A DNA stretch of 64,000 nucleotides from an uncultured virus (IMG/VR IMGVR_UViG_3300042884_001169) (lineage: Duplodnaviria > Heunggongvirae > Uroviricota > Caudoviricetes), in IMG/VR virus record IMGVR_UViG_3300042884_001169; one strand, written 5' to 3'. The first letter of the stretch is position 1. Each line of letters begins with the position of its first letter. Of the stretch, positions 19,655-29,855 are shown in pieces. The notes beneath the pieces were generated by a model. That model was not told where the DNA came from and ran no database searches. It was given only the letters and a program-made list of their open reading frames with translations. The translations under genes were made by a program, and so were the position numbers.

Positions 19655-21031
19655 TTAAACGGAAGGAGGTGTTGTGGAGGCAGGACCAATGTCTTCGCAG
19701 AACAGCAGCCCCAGACGATTAGAATCTGCATAGAAGGCTACAGTGCTGCTAGTACCGTCGCCCCTACTAATTCTTACACGTCTAGAAAGGGCTGCGGCGG
19801 TCGTGGTTTCCAAATAGTTGAAATAAACAGGATAAGCCCAGATACTTGGACCGGCATTAGTAGAACTAGCAAGCACTGCTCCACCTGAGGTGCCTGACCA
19901 AAGAGCCACAGCGGCGGTATCAGCCGTACTTCCGTTCTGAATATGCCCCTGAATAGTCCACTTAAGGACTCGTCCAGCCACCTGTGTAGGAGTGGTAATT
20001 ACCAGCCCGGAAACATTAGTGACAGTAGTTACGCCTGTGGTGGCAGATGAGGTGGTTTCGCTGTCGATGTACCCCCAAGGCTGATTCCAAGGAAGTTGCC
20101 ATCCCGTTGTCGCCCCATAGTAAACAAGTAGTCTGCCCAAGTCGGTGTCGTAAACCGTCATACCTTTTGTTGGGGTAAGTGCGTTTCGCTGAGTGGTCGT
20201 TAGGTATTGATATTGATTTTCATAGTAAGCGCCATGCTGTCCGTCAAGGCGATCGGCATTTAGGTTCGTTACTAAAGTGGTTGAAGTGACTGTTAACGGC
20301 GCTGTACCTGTATCAACGGTGCTAGTGATTGTGCTGAAACTGGGTGTTGCTGTGGTCGCTACACTTTGACCAATTGCAAGTGTTGGAGTTGATCCCTCTC
20401 CAGTTCCCGCTCCAGCGCTGATTGAAACACCAGTTCCTGCGGTAACGGTCGCAACATAGTTGCCCGTCGTATCGTCACCCAATACAACCGAGTTGTCGGC
20501 AACGCTTGAGGCAATAGTGGCAGAAGCCGCAGTTGAAGCGAAAGTGGCAGACGCCGCAGTTGAAGCGAAAGTCGCAGAAGCAGCCGTACCCTGCAAATCC
20601 GCATAAATTGTTACAGGAAGATTCACCTCAAAAAAACTTAACCAAGCAGTTCCGCTCCAAACATAAATACCCTCAGTATCAGTCTCATAAACAATCGCCC
20701 CAACCCTCGGTGAGACAGGACGAGTAGTCGACGTAGCAACCACTGGAGTTACCGAAACATCAGAATCAGAATCCTTAATGACCCCAATGACCATAATGTC
20801 ATTCTGACTATTCTCTAAAAACGAACAAGCAACCTTCTCGCCAACAACAGGTAAATCAGAACAAGCAACATTCAAGGGGCCAAACTCAAACCCAGCCACA
20901 AAACGAGGAATCTCAACATAAACCTGCTGCGCCACATTATCAACACGCGTAACAACACCAATATAAACACCATTAGAAACAAACGAACGAGAAACACTTT
21001 TATCTGGCTGACGAAAATTAGGCATAATCAA
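19655..21031 (-). CDS. baseplate spike-like protein (gpV/gp5 OB-fold) with fibre-like C-terminal extension
   Basis: GVYIGVVTRVD...VYVEIP...LPVVGEKVACSF...MVIGVI; lies between hub and wedge genes. Confidence 0.7.
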   Translation of the reverse strand: MIMPNFRQPDKSVSRSFVSNGVYIGVVTRVDNVAQQVYVEIPRFVAGFEFGPLNVACSDLPVVGEKVACSFLENSQNDIMVIGVIKDSDSDVSVTPVVATSTTRPVSPRVGAIVYETDTEGIYVWSGTAWLSFFEVNLPVTIYADLQGTAASATFASTAASATFASTAASATIASSVADNSVVLGDDTTGNYVATVTAGTGVSISAGAGTGEGSTPTLAIGQSVATTATPSFSTITSTVDTGTAPLTVTSTTLVTNLNADRLDGQHGAYYENQYQYLTTTQRNALTPTKGMTVYDTDLGRLLVYYGATTGWQLPWNQPWGYIDSETTSSATTGVTTVTNVSGLVITTPTQVAGRVLKWTIQGHIQNGSTADTAAVALWSGTSGGAVLASSTNAGPSIWAYPVYFNYLETTTAAALSRRVRISRGDGTSSTVAFYADSNRLGLLFCEDIGPASTTPPSV

Positions 21032-21879
21032 TCAGTCGCTTCTTTTGTTTCTTTCGGCTTCTTCGGTGTGCGACCAGAAACAGAAACCGGATTACGATTC
21101 CCAATCTCATACGCGACCTCAGTAACAAGATACTGCCCGTTAAAAGACGTAATACCCTGCAAGTTCACTGTCATACCCGGCCGGAGACCCTCTCCACCAC
21201 CACGCTCAACAACCGCCTTAAACGAAGCAGCATTCACATCATCATCAGAACGACCACACGCCGGAATCTGGTACAACGCGAAAGGACTTTCCCGCAAAGC
21301 CCCAAAACCGTATTTCAAATCAATGTTTCCCCATTTACCCAGAAGCCATTCTTCGGAACCAAAATAAAGAGTGTTGTTGACTTCGAATACAACAAAGTTC
21401 GCGTCTCCAGCAGACTTTGTCAAAACCGTCCATACGGACTCGTCAGCATTTTCCGACGAAGACTTTGCAATCACTTTTTGTTTTTCTGTATCTTGACCTA
21501 CGAAAGCAAGACCGAACCGACCCGCAACAATCCGAGCATAATCGGTAGCGGAAATGCCTCCGTACGCTTCAGGTTCTTTGTCGCGTTTCATCATTTGGGA
21601 AGCCTTGGAACGACACTCCAAAACAATTTTTGGAGAAGACGCCTCCCCCGGGCCAACCCCGACACGCGCAATTTCGAAAAGTTGGCCCTGATAGAAAACG
21701 TCGCGACGAATAAGAAAATAGTTATTGTCAAGCATTCTGAGACCCGGATCGATAAGTTCAACTGTCATCTGCGAAACCGCATCGAGAGTCCATGACAACT
21801 TGATGGACGTTGCCGCGTTTTTGACGTTTGTGCCTGCAAGGGTCGACAGGTCACCTATAACCAGTTCATCAGAAATCAT
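21028..21879 (-). CDS. baseplate hub (P2 gpD/gp27-like)
   Basis: ESVWTVL...FVVFEVNNTLYFG, LRPGMTVNLQGI..FNGQYLVTEV. Confidence 0.8.
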   Translation of the reverse strand: MISDELVIGDLSTLAGTNVKNAATSIKLSWTLDAVSQMTVELIDPGLRMLDNNYFLIRRDVFYQGQLFEIARVGVGPGEASSPKIVLECRSKASQMMKRDKEPEAYGGISATDYARIVAGRFGLAFVGQDTEKQKVIAKSSSENADESVWTVLTKSAGDANFVVFEVNNTLYFGSEEWLLGKWGNIDLKYGFGALRESPFALYQIPACGRSDDDVNAASFKAVVERGGGEGLRPGMTVNLQGITSFNGQYLVTEVAYEIGNRNPVSVSGRTPKKPKETKEATD

Positions 21880-21910
21880 TATTTAACCAGTTCATCAGAA
21901 ATCATTATTT
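21859..21910. repeat. perfect 26-bp tandem duplication
   Basis: aaccagttcatcagaaatcattattt at 21859-21884 and 21885-21910. Confidence 0.95.
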
Positions 21911-22588
21911 TTTTAGGAAGATTTGACTAATTCCGCCGCCGCCCCCGCCGCCCGGGCCACCCGGGTTCGGAGTTCCCGCCTGCCGTTGAGGCGAATCAGA
22001 AAAATCAATAAACGGAAGACGAACAACTTCAACATCCGGATTTCGGTTTTCAATCAACGTCATTGACACATCAGCCTGAGTCGCCTGACCAATATTGTTA
22101 CGACGCATAACATTAATGCTTAAATCAAGAATATTCCAGAAAGTAAATCGCCCATAATTACTGACTTTAGCCGGTAACCCCGGACGAGAAATAATAGAGT
22201 CAAGACCAAGAAATAGGCACGGAATAGCCCAAAGCCCAATCAAACGCAATTTTTCAATCTGATCCTCACACGGAAGATATCCATATGAAACTCGATCAGA
22301 AATTCGAAACTGCATTTGAGCCTGAATCAAAGACGGTCCAAGATCGTCAATAATGGCAAAGTCGCCGGGCCGTTTAATCTCCAAAAATTGACGGGCAATG
22401 TTGCTGTACGAAACTTCAACAGGAGCAAATGGTAAAACATATTCGTTCAGACCATAAGGCGTTTGCTGTCTGATAATCACCGGAGCGGTCTGTTGCCGCG
22501 CAGCGCTCACGTCCTCAAAATTTGGGCGACCAAACGTATAAGGAGTTCGAGCGCGAACCAATTTCCAATTGTAAGGGGGATCTGGCAT
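21905..22588 (-). CDS. putative tail tube initiator/baseplate protein
   Basis: Position between tape measure and hub; beta-rich tube-like pattern. Confidence 0.55.
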   Translation of the reverse strand: MPDPPYNWKLVRARTPYTFGRPNFEDVSAARQQTAPVIIRQQTPYGLNEYVLPFAPVEVSYSNIARQFLEIKRPGDFAIIDDLGPSLIQAQMQFRISDRVSYGYLPCEDQIEKLRLIGLWAIPCLFLGLDSIISRPGLPAKVSNYGRFTFWNILDLSINVMRRNNIGQATQADVSMTLIENRNPDVEVVRLPFIDFSDSPQRQAGTPNPGGPGGGGGGGISQIFLKK

Positions 22589-25500
22589 TACGAACGCTCC
22601 ATCATCTGTCGTTCCTTATCGTCAATTCTATTCATAACTTCATTGGCGATAGCGGAAACGTCTTGATTTGGCGAAGCATTAACAACAATTGAATAGTTGC
22701 TGTTGTACGAGGCGCCACTAGACGCTCCGTTTGAAGGCATCGGACTTACGGCATCGCCATAAGGAGCAGTGCCCGCAGCGCCCGGAACGACGTGCAAGTG
22801 ACGATCTCCGCCAGATCCGTGGAACTCAGCAAAGCCGCCGCTTGAGTTCACGAGGGCCGAGTACCCAACAAGGTTCTGACCGACAAGGTCGTATGCGTTT
22901 CCTGTTATATGGTCGGAGTTGAGGGACCCGAGGTTCGTGCTGCGCCACGCAGAAGTGATCGAGCGTTTGCCGGGCAGTTGGCTATTTATTTGGGAATGAC
23001 TCATCATTGTCCGGGCGAGACGGCTGGAAGTCGTATCATTCGGGTCGTCAGTTACGGTGATTCCGTATCGTTGAGGTGTTCCTCCCGGGTATTGATAGGT
23101 TTTACCCGGTCCTGTTCCCGAACCTCCGGATGGCCCGGAAGGGAACAGAATATTTTTTGGATTGGAAGTATCGCCGTTGGGTGGGTTCCACCAAGGAGGG
23201 AGACCCCACCATTCCGGTTTCATGGTTGCAAACGCGTCCATAACACCCGTACCAACGGCAGTACGCATGGTCGACGTTTGGTCGGCAATTCTTTGAGCGG
23301 CACGATCAAAACTTCCGGCCAAAGGCCCAAGAGTGCTTACAACAGTGCCGATACCCGGAATTTCCACGGGAGTATCAAGAATATTTGGATCAACTAGCCC
23401 TGCGAAGGGTCCGTCCGGACCCGTCAATCCCTTTAGGACGTCTTGCACTGCTTTGGTGGTCGCTGCAGTTCGCTCTTCTGGTGTTTTCAAATTCGCAAAA
23501 CCGGTTCGAAACTCTTCGCTACCAACTTCCGCCAAAAGATTTTCAGAAAATTGACCGGCGAATTTTGTTCCAAGACCGGTAGGTAACTTCTCAGCAATAC
23601 CCGTAAAGAAACCTTCAAAATCGGAAGCGGCAAACTGAAAGTTGTTTCCGGGCAAACCGGTAAGACCGGTTGCTAAACGGCCGCTTAAATTGCCGAAAAT
23701 GTCGCCCTGCGAGTTGCCCAACGCCTTTTGAACCATGGCCTGAAACTCTGGGCCGAGTTGATCGAACATTCCGAACAAAGAAGAACCCGGAGTTGTGTAT
23801 GCGAGGCCTTCACGGCCCAAAAACCCTTGTTCAAGGTTAACAAGAGCATCAATAGGGTTTTCCATTGCGGCAAGAGTTCCGGTGGCTACCGTATTCAAAA
23901 ATTCAGCCATTTGAACTCGTCCGCCACTAAATCCACCGGACCCACGAATTTCTTCAGCCGCTTGGTCCATTGCGAGAATTGCTTTTTCTGTCTCAATGAT
24001 TGGCCTAGTAACTTCGCTTATCGCATTAAGGGCAAGCCGTTTAATTGATGTTCTGATTTGTTCTGTTGTTTCAGGAATTGCTAATCCAAGTTTTGCTACA
24101 GCCGTTGCCATCTGCAGTGTGTTGTCGGTTAGGTCAAGACCCATTTCCGATGAAAGTTTTATTAAGGCCTCTTCAGACATTCCTGTAGTTTCGGACAATT
24201 TCCGCAAATTGTCGTCGATGTTAGCAAAAGCCTTAAGCCCTTGGTTTTCGAGTTCTTCAGAGTTCTTTTTGAGTTGAGTGATACCCGTGTCCATGTTCCG
24301 CAATGTCAAAACGTCATATTCGGCCTGAGTGATGTCTCCTCTGAGGATCGCGGCGTTAGCCATGTCCTTACGTTCTTGAAGAGTTTTCTCTCGGTAACTG
24401 CCCGCAATTTCGTCTATTTTTTTTGTTGCGTCACCAATGGTTGTAAGGCTTTTTTTGACTCCCGGGAGGCCTTCGCGGAGATAGTCGCCAGCAAGAGCCT
24501 TTCCCTGCTCCAAGCCAACTTTTTCAAAACCTTTGCGAATAGCGTCACGGTGTTCGCGGTCTTGCTGAATGCCACTGACGAGACCCGTAATTGCGCCAAC
24601 GACTGTACCGACTGCTGCTCCTATTAATGCACCGGGGACCGCGCCGATTCCACCAGCAAAAGCGCCGATGCCAGCGCCAATACCAGCACCTGCAACCAAA
24701 CCTGCACCAGCACCAACCCCAGCACTCGCTTGAGGGGAAAGATCAAATTGGTTTACAGCCCCACGGATGCCTCCAAGAGCAGTACCGGCTGTTGCTCCAA
24801 TTCCGGCGCCAAGCCCGGGTCCAACAGCCGGAATCATAGATCCAATGGATGCACCTAGCGCAGCGCCACCCACAGCCCCCGTAGTCAAGCCACCCAAAAG
24901 GGTTTCAGATTGAATCGCCGTGGCCAAATACGGAATAGATGTTGCAATACCAGCGATACGAAGAGCATTTTTCTGATTATTTGCAAACATTGCCCCCATG
25001 TTTCCCATGGCACCAGCAGTCATTGCCAGTTCTGGGGCTTGTCCTGCAAGTGGAAGTGTTGCCAACAATCCGGCCCCACCCATGACTCTGGAGTTATTTA
25101 ATTTTCCAGCGGCAACACTAGCGTTGTAGCGAGCATTGAAACCCGCTCCGGCTCCGCGCGCATATCCAAATCCGGCACCACCTCCGCCGCCTCCTCCGCC
25201 ACCGCCCATAAAGAAGCCCCCCATGCTGCTCAAAATGTTTCCTTTTGGAGCCTTACCTCCCGCCCGGAGTTTCATGTTTCGTCCGCCCTGCAAAGCACCG
25301 ATCAATCCAATCCCAAGACCAGCAGACAATATGGCGCCAAGCGGACCTAAACTTTTTCCGACCTTCTGAAGCCCTTTAAACACGCCGAGGATTGCTTCCG
25401 CTACCGTCAACAAAACGTTCATTCCAGCGGTAATTGTGTCGAGGTTGTCGGTAAAAACTTCTTTCAGCAGATCAAATGCGCTGGAAATAAAGTTGACTGT

Positions 25501-26970
25501 ACGTTCAAGCATTTGACCGAAATCTCGAAACGAGTCCGCATTTTCTATAGCAAGTCTATTCAATTGTTTGAACGCGTCTACAAAGTGCATTACGACAGCC
25601 ATAATCGGAGGACCGAAAGTCTCGTTGATTATTTTTGACCCTTCTTGGAAGGGACGGAAAATGTCGTCTAGGGAAGTTAAAAATTTCCAAGTACGTTGTA
25701 TAAACTTGTAAATATCTTCAAACGTTTGTTTTGCTTTCGGCAAATTGTCTTCAAAGAGACGAGTAAGAACTTCAATTAGACGACTTGTCCCCTTGCCTAA
25801 GCCGTCGATCATGCCTCCGCCAAGCGAAGGACCGATAGCAGCCCTAATTCGAGCAAAACTGGTGTTCAACTCGTGACTAAGACCTTTAAAAGTGGCTTTG
25901 AGTTGCGGCAAAAACTGTTGACCATAATCAGCAAATTCGCTTTTTGCCAAAGTCATAAAACTTTTTAACTGGCCAATCAAAGTGTTGTTCACGGCGCCAA
26001 GTGCGCCCCCAATGCCCGAGTCCTCAGCAAGTTTGCCTGAAGACAAAGCAGCCAATAACTGGGGAGCGCCAGAAATGCCCGCCTTTTGAGCATCTTTAAC
26101 TGCTTTTTCAAACTGCGGCCCCACTTTGCCAGCGGCAGAAAGAACATTGTCGGTAAGTTTTCCTTCTTTTTGCAAGAGACCTATGAAATCGCCAGCAGCA
26201 GCAAAGTTTTTGCCCATATCGCCGCCAGCCGCAACAGCAAAATCACCGATACCGACCAAAGCGTTTTTCAAAGGCGCAGTCATTTCGGTATTTTTAGATA
26301 CGGCCGCAAATGCTTGCTGAAGGCTTTCCATGCCAAACACGGCAACACGCGAATCACTTGTCAACATTCGCAACGCACTCATAGCCTGCTGAGTGCCACT
26401 ACCAAGGTTTGGCAGTGACTTATATGTAGTAGCGAACATTGCTGCTTGCCACTCTCGTTGAGCAGCAGCCGCGCCCGCAAGGGCAACTGTGAGACCTGCT
26501 GCTGCGCCTGCAGCAAGCGCCAAACTGCCTTGATACATCTTGGCGCCAAAATTCCCAATAGCAAAGCCAGCGTTCACCAAGGAAAGCGATGCAGCAACAA
26601 TGGCAAATTCGACACCGACGCCAATAACCGCATACATCAGGTACCGCATGGATCTGCGGCTTCGGTTAGCGTTGTTGCCCATATTGCGCATTTGGCGATT
26701 AGTGCGACCCATACCTCCGCCGCCGCTACCACCGGATAACGCATTATTCTTCGTAAGGAAGTCGTCAAACCTGTCCGTCAATCGATCCATAGTGCCGGAC
26801 AGTTTTTTGCCAGAACCATCGAGATCACCCAAAGACTTACTCGATCTTTGAGACGACCTATCGACGTCATTAGAACTAGCCGAAAGCGCAGCAAGTTGCG
26901 CCTGAGTCCGAGAGATATCTCCCGTATCAGCGTCTACGTCAATTCGGATTACAACGCGTTCGTCAGCCAT
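22588..26970 (-). CDS. tape measure protein with C-terminal M15-type (LAS) metallopeptidase domain
   Basis: 1460 aa, Ala/Gly-rich and helical, downstream of the chaperone; ITSAWRS...SDHITGNAYD (H-x6-D)...HLH near the C-terminus. Confidence 0.9.
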   Translation of the reverse strand: MADERVVIRIDVDADTGDISRTQAQLAALSASSNDVDRSSQRSSKSLGDLDGSGKKLSGTMDRLTDRFDDFLTKNNALSGGSGGGGMGRTNRQMRNMGNNANRSRRSMRYLMYAVIGVGVEFAIVAASLSLVNAGFAIGNFGAKMYQGSLALAAGAAAGLTVALAGAAAAQREWQAAMFATTYKSLPNLGSGTQQAMSALRMLTSDSRVAVFGMESLQQAFAAVSKNTEMTAPLKNALVGIGDFAVAAGGDMGKNFAAAGDFIGLLQKEGKLTDNVLSAAGKVGPQFEKAVKDAQKAGISGAPQLLAALSSGKLAEDSGIGGALGAVNNTLIGQLKSFMTLAKSEFADYGQQFLPQLKATFKGLSHELNTSFARIRAAIGPSLGGGMIDGLGKGTSRLIEVLTRLFEDNLPKAKQTFEDIYKFIQRTWKFLTSLDDIFRPFQEGSKIINETFGPPIMAVVMHFVDAFKQLNRLAIENADSFRDFGQMLERTVNFISSAFDLLKEVFTDNLDTITAGMNVLLTVAEAILGVFKGLQKVGKSLGPLGAILSAGLGIGLIGALQGGRNMKLRAGGKAPKGNILSSMGGFFMGGGGGGGGGGAGFGYARGAGAGFNARYNASVAAGKLNNSRVMGGAGLLATLPLAGQAPELAMTAGAMGNMGAMFANNQKNALRIAGIATSIPYLATAIQSETLLGGLTTGAVGGAALGASIGSMIPAVGPGLGAGIGATAGTALGGIRGAVNQFDLSPQASAGVGAGAGLVAGAGIGAGIGAFAGGIGAVPGALIGAAVGTVVGAITGLVSGIQQDREHRDAIRKGFEKVGLEQGKALAGDYLREGLPGVKKSLTTIGDATKKIDEIAGSYREKTLQERKDMANAAILRGDITQAEYDVLTLRNMDTGITQLKKNSEELENQGLKAFANIDDNLRKLSETTGMSEEALIKLSSEMGLDLTDNTLQMATAVAKLGLAIPETTEQIRTSIKRLALNAISEVTRPIIETEKAILAMDQAAEEIRGSGGFSGGRVQMAEFLNTVATGTLAAMENPIDALVNLEQGFLGREGLAYTTPGSSLFGMFDQLGPEFQAMVQKALGNSQGDIFGNLSGRLATGLTGLPGNNFQFAASDFEGFFTGIAEKLPTGLGTKFAGQFSENLLAEVGSEEFRTGFANLKTPEERTAATTKAVQDVLKGLTGPDGPFAGLVDPNILDTPVEIPGIGTVVSTLGPLAGSFDRAAQRIADQTSTMRTAVGTGVMDAFATMKPEWWGLPPWWNPPNGDTSNPKNILFPSGPSGGSGTGPGKTYQYPGGTPQRYGITVTDDPNDTTSSRLARTMMSHSQINSQLPGKRSITSAWRSTNLGSLNSDHITGNAYDLVGQNLVGYSALVNSSGGFAEFHGSGGDRHLHVVPGAAGTAPYGDAVSPMPSNGASSGASYNSNYSIVVNASPNQDVSAIANEVMNRIDDKERQMMERS

Positions 26971-27023
26971 CGTCCTTTAATGGTGCCACTGAAATTGGCT
27001 CCAGACAGAAGGAAATGAAACTC

Positions 27024-27235
27024 TTACGAATTACGCTTTCGTTCCATCTCTTCACGCTCCCTAGCGCGATCACGCTCGATCACCTTTGCACAGGCATAAC
27101 GAATTAGCCAGTCGTGGTCATCACAGTCGAGAAGTACAAGCGGGTCAGTGCCCCAAATCTCCCCCAGCCTCGCGGCTGTCTGAATTCGGGCATCGTCCGA
27201 GAAGTCTTCTACGACTCCCTCGTAGGGTCCACCTG
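27024..27235 (-). CDS. tail assembly chaperone C-terminal (gpT-like) frame, reached by frameshift
   Basis: Open -1 frame GPYEGVVEDFSDDARIQTAARLGEIWGTDPLVLLDCDDHDWLIRYACAKVIERDRAREREEMERKRNS* fills the gap before the tape measure gene. Confidence 0.7.
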
Positions 27236-27736
27236 CTCAACCTCGTCGCCATACCCAGCGGCGTCCATAATTACGAGAGCAGCGGATTCAACGTGTGGGT
27301 CGATTCCAAAGAATTCTTGTACGCATTCTGGGATTGGGCGAGTTGTATTCGTCATGTCCAGAATTTCTGGTGAGGCGAACGACAGGGGTGCGCCGTTTTC
27401 GTTGAGCGCTTCTTCGCCGTCAACGTAAATGCCGGTACAGGTGTGGCCGATGACATAACAAGCAAACTTGGTCGGATCAAAGCCATTTTTGGTGTTTTCG
27501 CCGCTTTGACGGCGCCAAGCACGCAATTGGTGCTGGTTAATGTTTGGCGAGATTTGGATTGCCACGCCCGGACGTTCAGGAACCTCAATGAGAATTTCCG
27601 AACGTTCAATCTTCTTGGACAGTTCAGTTCGAAGGCGATCAAGAATGGTCGGTTCTCCAGAGCGCGAAGCCGAAGATGCCGATTCTTTGCTGCTTTCGGA
27701 TGGGTTGTTGGTGGTGAAGTCGTAGGTTTCGCTCAT
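27209..27736 (-). CDS. tail assembly chaperone (gpG-like)
   Basis: Between tube and tape measure genes; ends ...QVDPTRES. Confidence 0.8.
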   Translation of the reverse strand: MSETYDFTTNNPSESSKESASSASRSGEPTILDRLRTELSKKIERSEILIEVPERPGVAIQISPNINQHQLRAWRRQSGENTKNGFDPTKFACYVIGHTCTGIYVDGEEALNENGAPLSFASPEILDMTNTTRPIPECVQEFFGIDPHVESAALVIMDAAGYGDEVEQVDPTRES

Positions 27737-27765
27737 AGTCGAAAACTTAGCACTATTTATGAAGA

Positions 27766-27786
27766 GAGGGGCGCAAGGCGCCCCTC
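27766..27786 (-). terminator. GC-rich hairpin after the tail tube gene (putative intrinsic terminator)
   Basis: gaggggcgc-aag-gcgcccctc, a perfect 9-bp stem; weak U-tract (TCTT) on minus. Confidence 0.6.
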
Positions 27787-27820
27787 ATAACTTCATTTTT
27801 ATTTGTCAATCTTTAGAAGA

Positions 27821-28282
27821 TTAACGACCGACAGTTTGACCTGACACCTGCGAGATCGAGAACGTCATCGAGAAGGTGGTGGGCGCTCCAGAAGAGGCGT
27901 CACCTTCAGGCTCTGAGAGTCCGACAAGAAGAGCGCGAGCATAAATGCGTTCCGAGCCGAGAACCTTGAGATCGCAGTTAAGGTCGACAACAAAAACGTT
28001 GTAATGAACGCGCCCAACGAGTTGACGGACGACTTTGATCGAGGCTCCGTCACGATCTGGATCGTAATGACGAGTGATGGTGATGTCACCAATTTCGGCC
28101 GGTGCAGTCAAAACTTCTGGGAACTGTTGACCACCGTCATATACTTTTTCGACAGATGCGGTGATTTCGCCACCCGACACCTGCGCAAAGTAGCCAATGA
28201 ACTCCGGCCCAAGCGGGCAGTCGGGGATCGAAATAGGCTTGATCTCCGCGACTACCTGCCGCTGTGAAATTTTGTTACTCAT
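27821..28282 (-). CDS. tail tube protein
   Basis: 153 aa directly after the sheath; FAQVSGGEI...GDITITR...; GGAGG RBS. Confidence 0.85.
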   Translation of the reverse strand: MSNKISQRQVVAEIKPISIPDCPLGPEFIGYFAQVSGGEITASVEKVYDGGQQFPEVLTAPAEIGDITITRHYDPDRDGASIKVVRQLVGRVHYNVFVVDLNCDLKVLGSERIYARALLVGLSEPEGDASSGAPTTFSMTFSISQVSGQTVGR

Positions 28283-28294
28283 TTATTCCTCCAC

Positions 28295-29758
28295 TTAAAC
28301 GACGGAAGTCGTGAGGTTGGACTTGATGACTTCGACTTCAATGCGATCGGCGATGCTCGAAATCCGAACACCAACCTTCGCCTTGACTACACCAGTCGCC
28401 AATTGGGTGATTGGGTTAAGGTCGTCGTTGACTTCGACCGAGTAGCCAGCATCGATTTGGTTCCCATCGACATCAAATGCCTCGAAGAGACCACCAGCGG
28501 TGCGGATCGGGTCAAGTAGACCGATAAGGCGAGCCTCAACTCGACCGAAGACCGTACGACGGCCATCAATCGGAGAGAACACCAGATCCTCAAGTTCACG
28601 CTCAGCCTCAACCACGATGTAGTTGAGAGTGTCACGAGCAGTGATGTACCGGAAATTGGTTGTATCGGTTGAAGCGGAACGCGCTCCGTAGATTCGAACG
28701 CTGTTCTGAATCACACGAATGGCATTGATGTTAGCCTCGTCGAGACTGTCGCCATCGGTCTTGTCAATCGAAACTGCAGTACCGCTGATGAAACGAGCCT
28801 TTGACTGAATTCCGGCGGCTGCGCTCCATGAACCAATCTCATTGTGAGCGAGTGAGCGCTTAGCGGCGACATACCCCTCTGGTGAGATGGTCAGTGAAGT
28901 CTGAGCCGATCCTGTCATGGTGACGCTTGGGTAATAAAACGCAGCGTACTCAGGGTCAGTTGCCTCGCCCGTAATCCACGAGTCTGCAGCAGTAGTTGCT
29001 GCTGCGGCTGTATTGGCGGGATTAAACGCCAGAAGGGCAATGCGGCTGTTTGCTACACAGTGGGTCTCAATGGCGCTCCACACTGTGTTGCCATACTTGC
29101 CGGGGATTGCAACCGCTCCAGCACCGTACTGGTTGAGGAAGAGGTCGAGTCCGTCGACGTATTCGCCTTCATCGGCTGCATCCTCAACACCACCACTGAA
29201 CGGTTGGACCGTAGCGGAAGCGCCAAGAGTGGCAGATTGATTGATTCCGGTAGCCGTTGCATAGACTGAAGCGATGCTTGAGTCATTGATCGCAGAGATG
29301 ACGGCACCTGCGTTGGCTTGTGAGCCTGTTGAATAAACAAACTCTTCGTTCAAATAAAGTTTGAGGGCAATACCACTTCCAGACACTTCAGTGATAATGC
29401 TGAGACCAGCAAGACCGTTCGCCCATGTGCCGGGGTTAGCGGCTGTAAGGGTGAAGGCTGGCGAGCCTGCGTTGTCATCAACTTCGAGTGTGGCAGCGGT
29501 TGCGCTTGAGCCGACCACACGACTGATGTAGGCGCGAGAGCCGCCCTCTTCAAAGAATGTTTGGACCTGCTGATGAAGGGATCCGGTGGCATAGTAACCA
29601 CCGTAACGGACTTCAAATTCAGCAAGACTGGTTACGAGGCGTGCCTCGTCGACCGGTCCACGCTTTGATTCGCCCACCACAAAAAAGGTGCTTGCTGGAG
29701 CGACATTGACTGACGTGGGGCCAGTTCGCACTGCGGTTGTAACGACTACGCCGGGCAT
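28295..29758 (-). CDS. contractile tail sheath protein
   Basis: MPGVVV...FVVGESKRGP...FFEEGGSRAYISRV...INAIR...IYGARS...RYITARD. Confidence 0.92.
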   Translation of the reverse strand: MPGVVVTTAVRTGPTSVNVAPASTFFVVGESKRGPVDEARLVTSLAEFEVRYGGYYATGSLHQQVQTFFEEGGSRAYISRVVGSSATAATLEVDDNAGSPAFTLTAANPGTWANGLAGLSIITEVSGSGIALKLYLNEEFVYSTGSQANAGAVISAINDSSIASVYATATGINQSATLGASATVQPFSGGVEDAADEGEYVDGLDLFLNQYGAGAVAIPGKYGNTVWSAIETHCVANSRIALLAFNPANTAAAATTAADSWITGEATDPEYAAFYYPSVTMTGSAQTSLTISPEGYVAAKRSLAHNEIGSWSAAAGIQSKARFISGTAVSIDKTDGDSLDEANINAIRVIQNSVRIYGARSASTDTTNFRYITARDTLNYIVVEAERELEDLVFSPIDGRRTVFGRVEARLIGLLDPIRTAGGLFEAFDVDGNQIDAGYSVEVNDDLNPITQLATGVVKAKVGVRISSIADRIEVEVIKSNLTTSVV

Positions 29759-29855
29759 CGGCTTTCCTCCAAACCTCGGTTGTATTGATCGAGGTAGGGC
29801 CAGATTACTACACGGTGCTGCTGTGTCGTGTAAGCCCTACGACAATAACTTGCTT

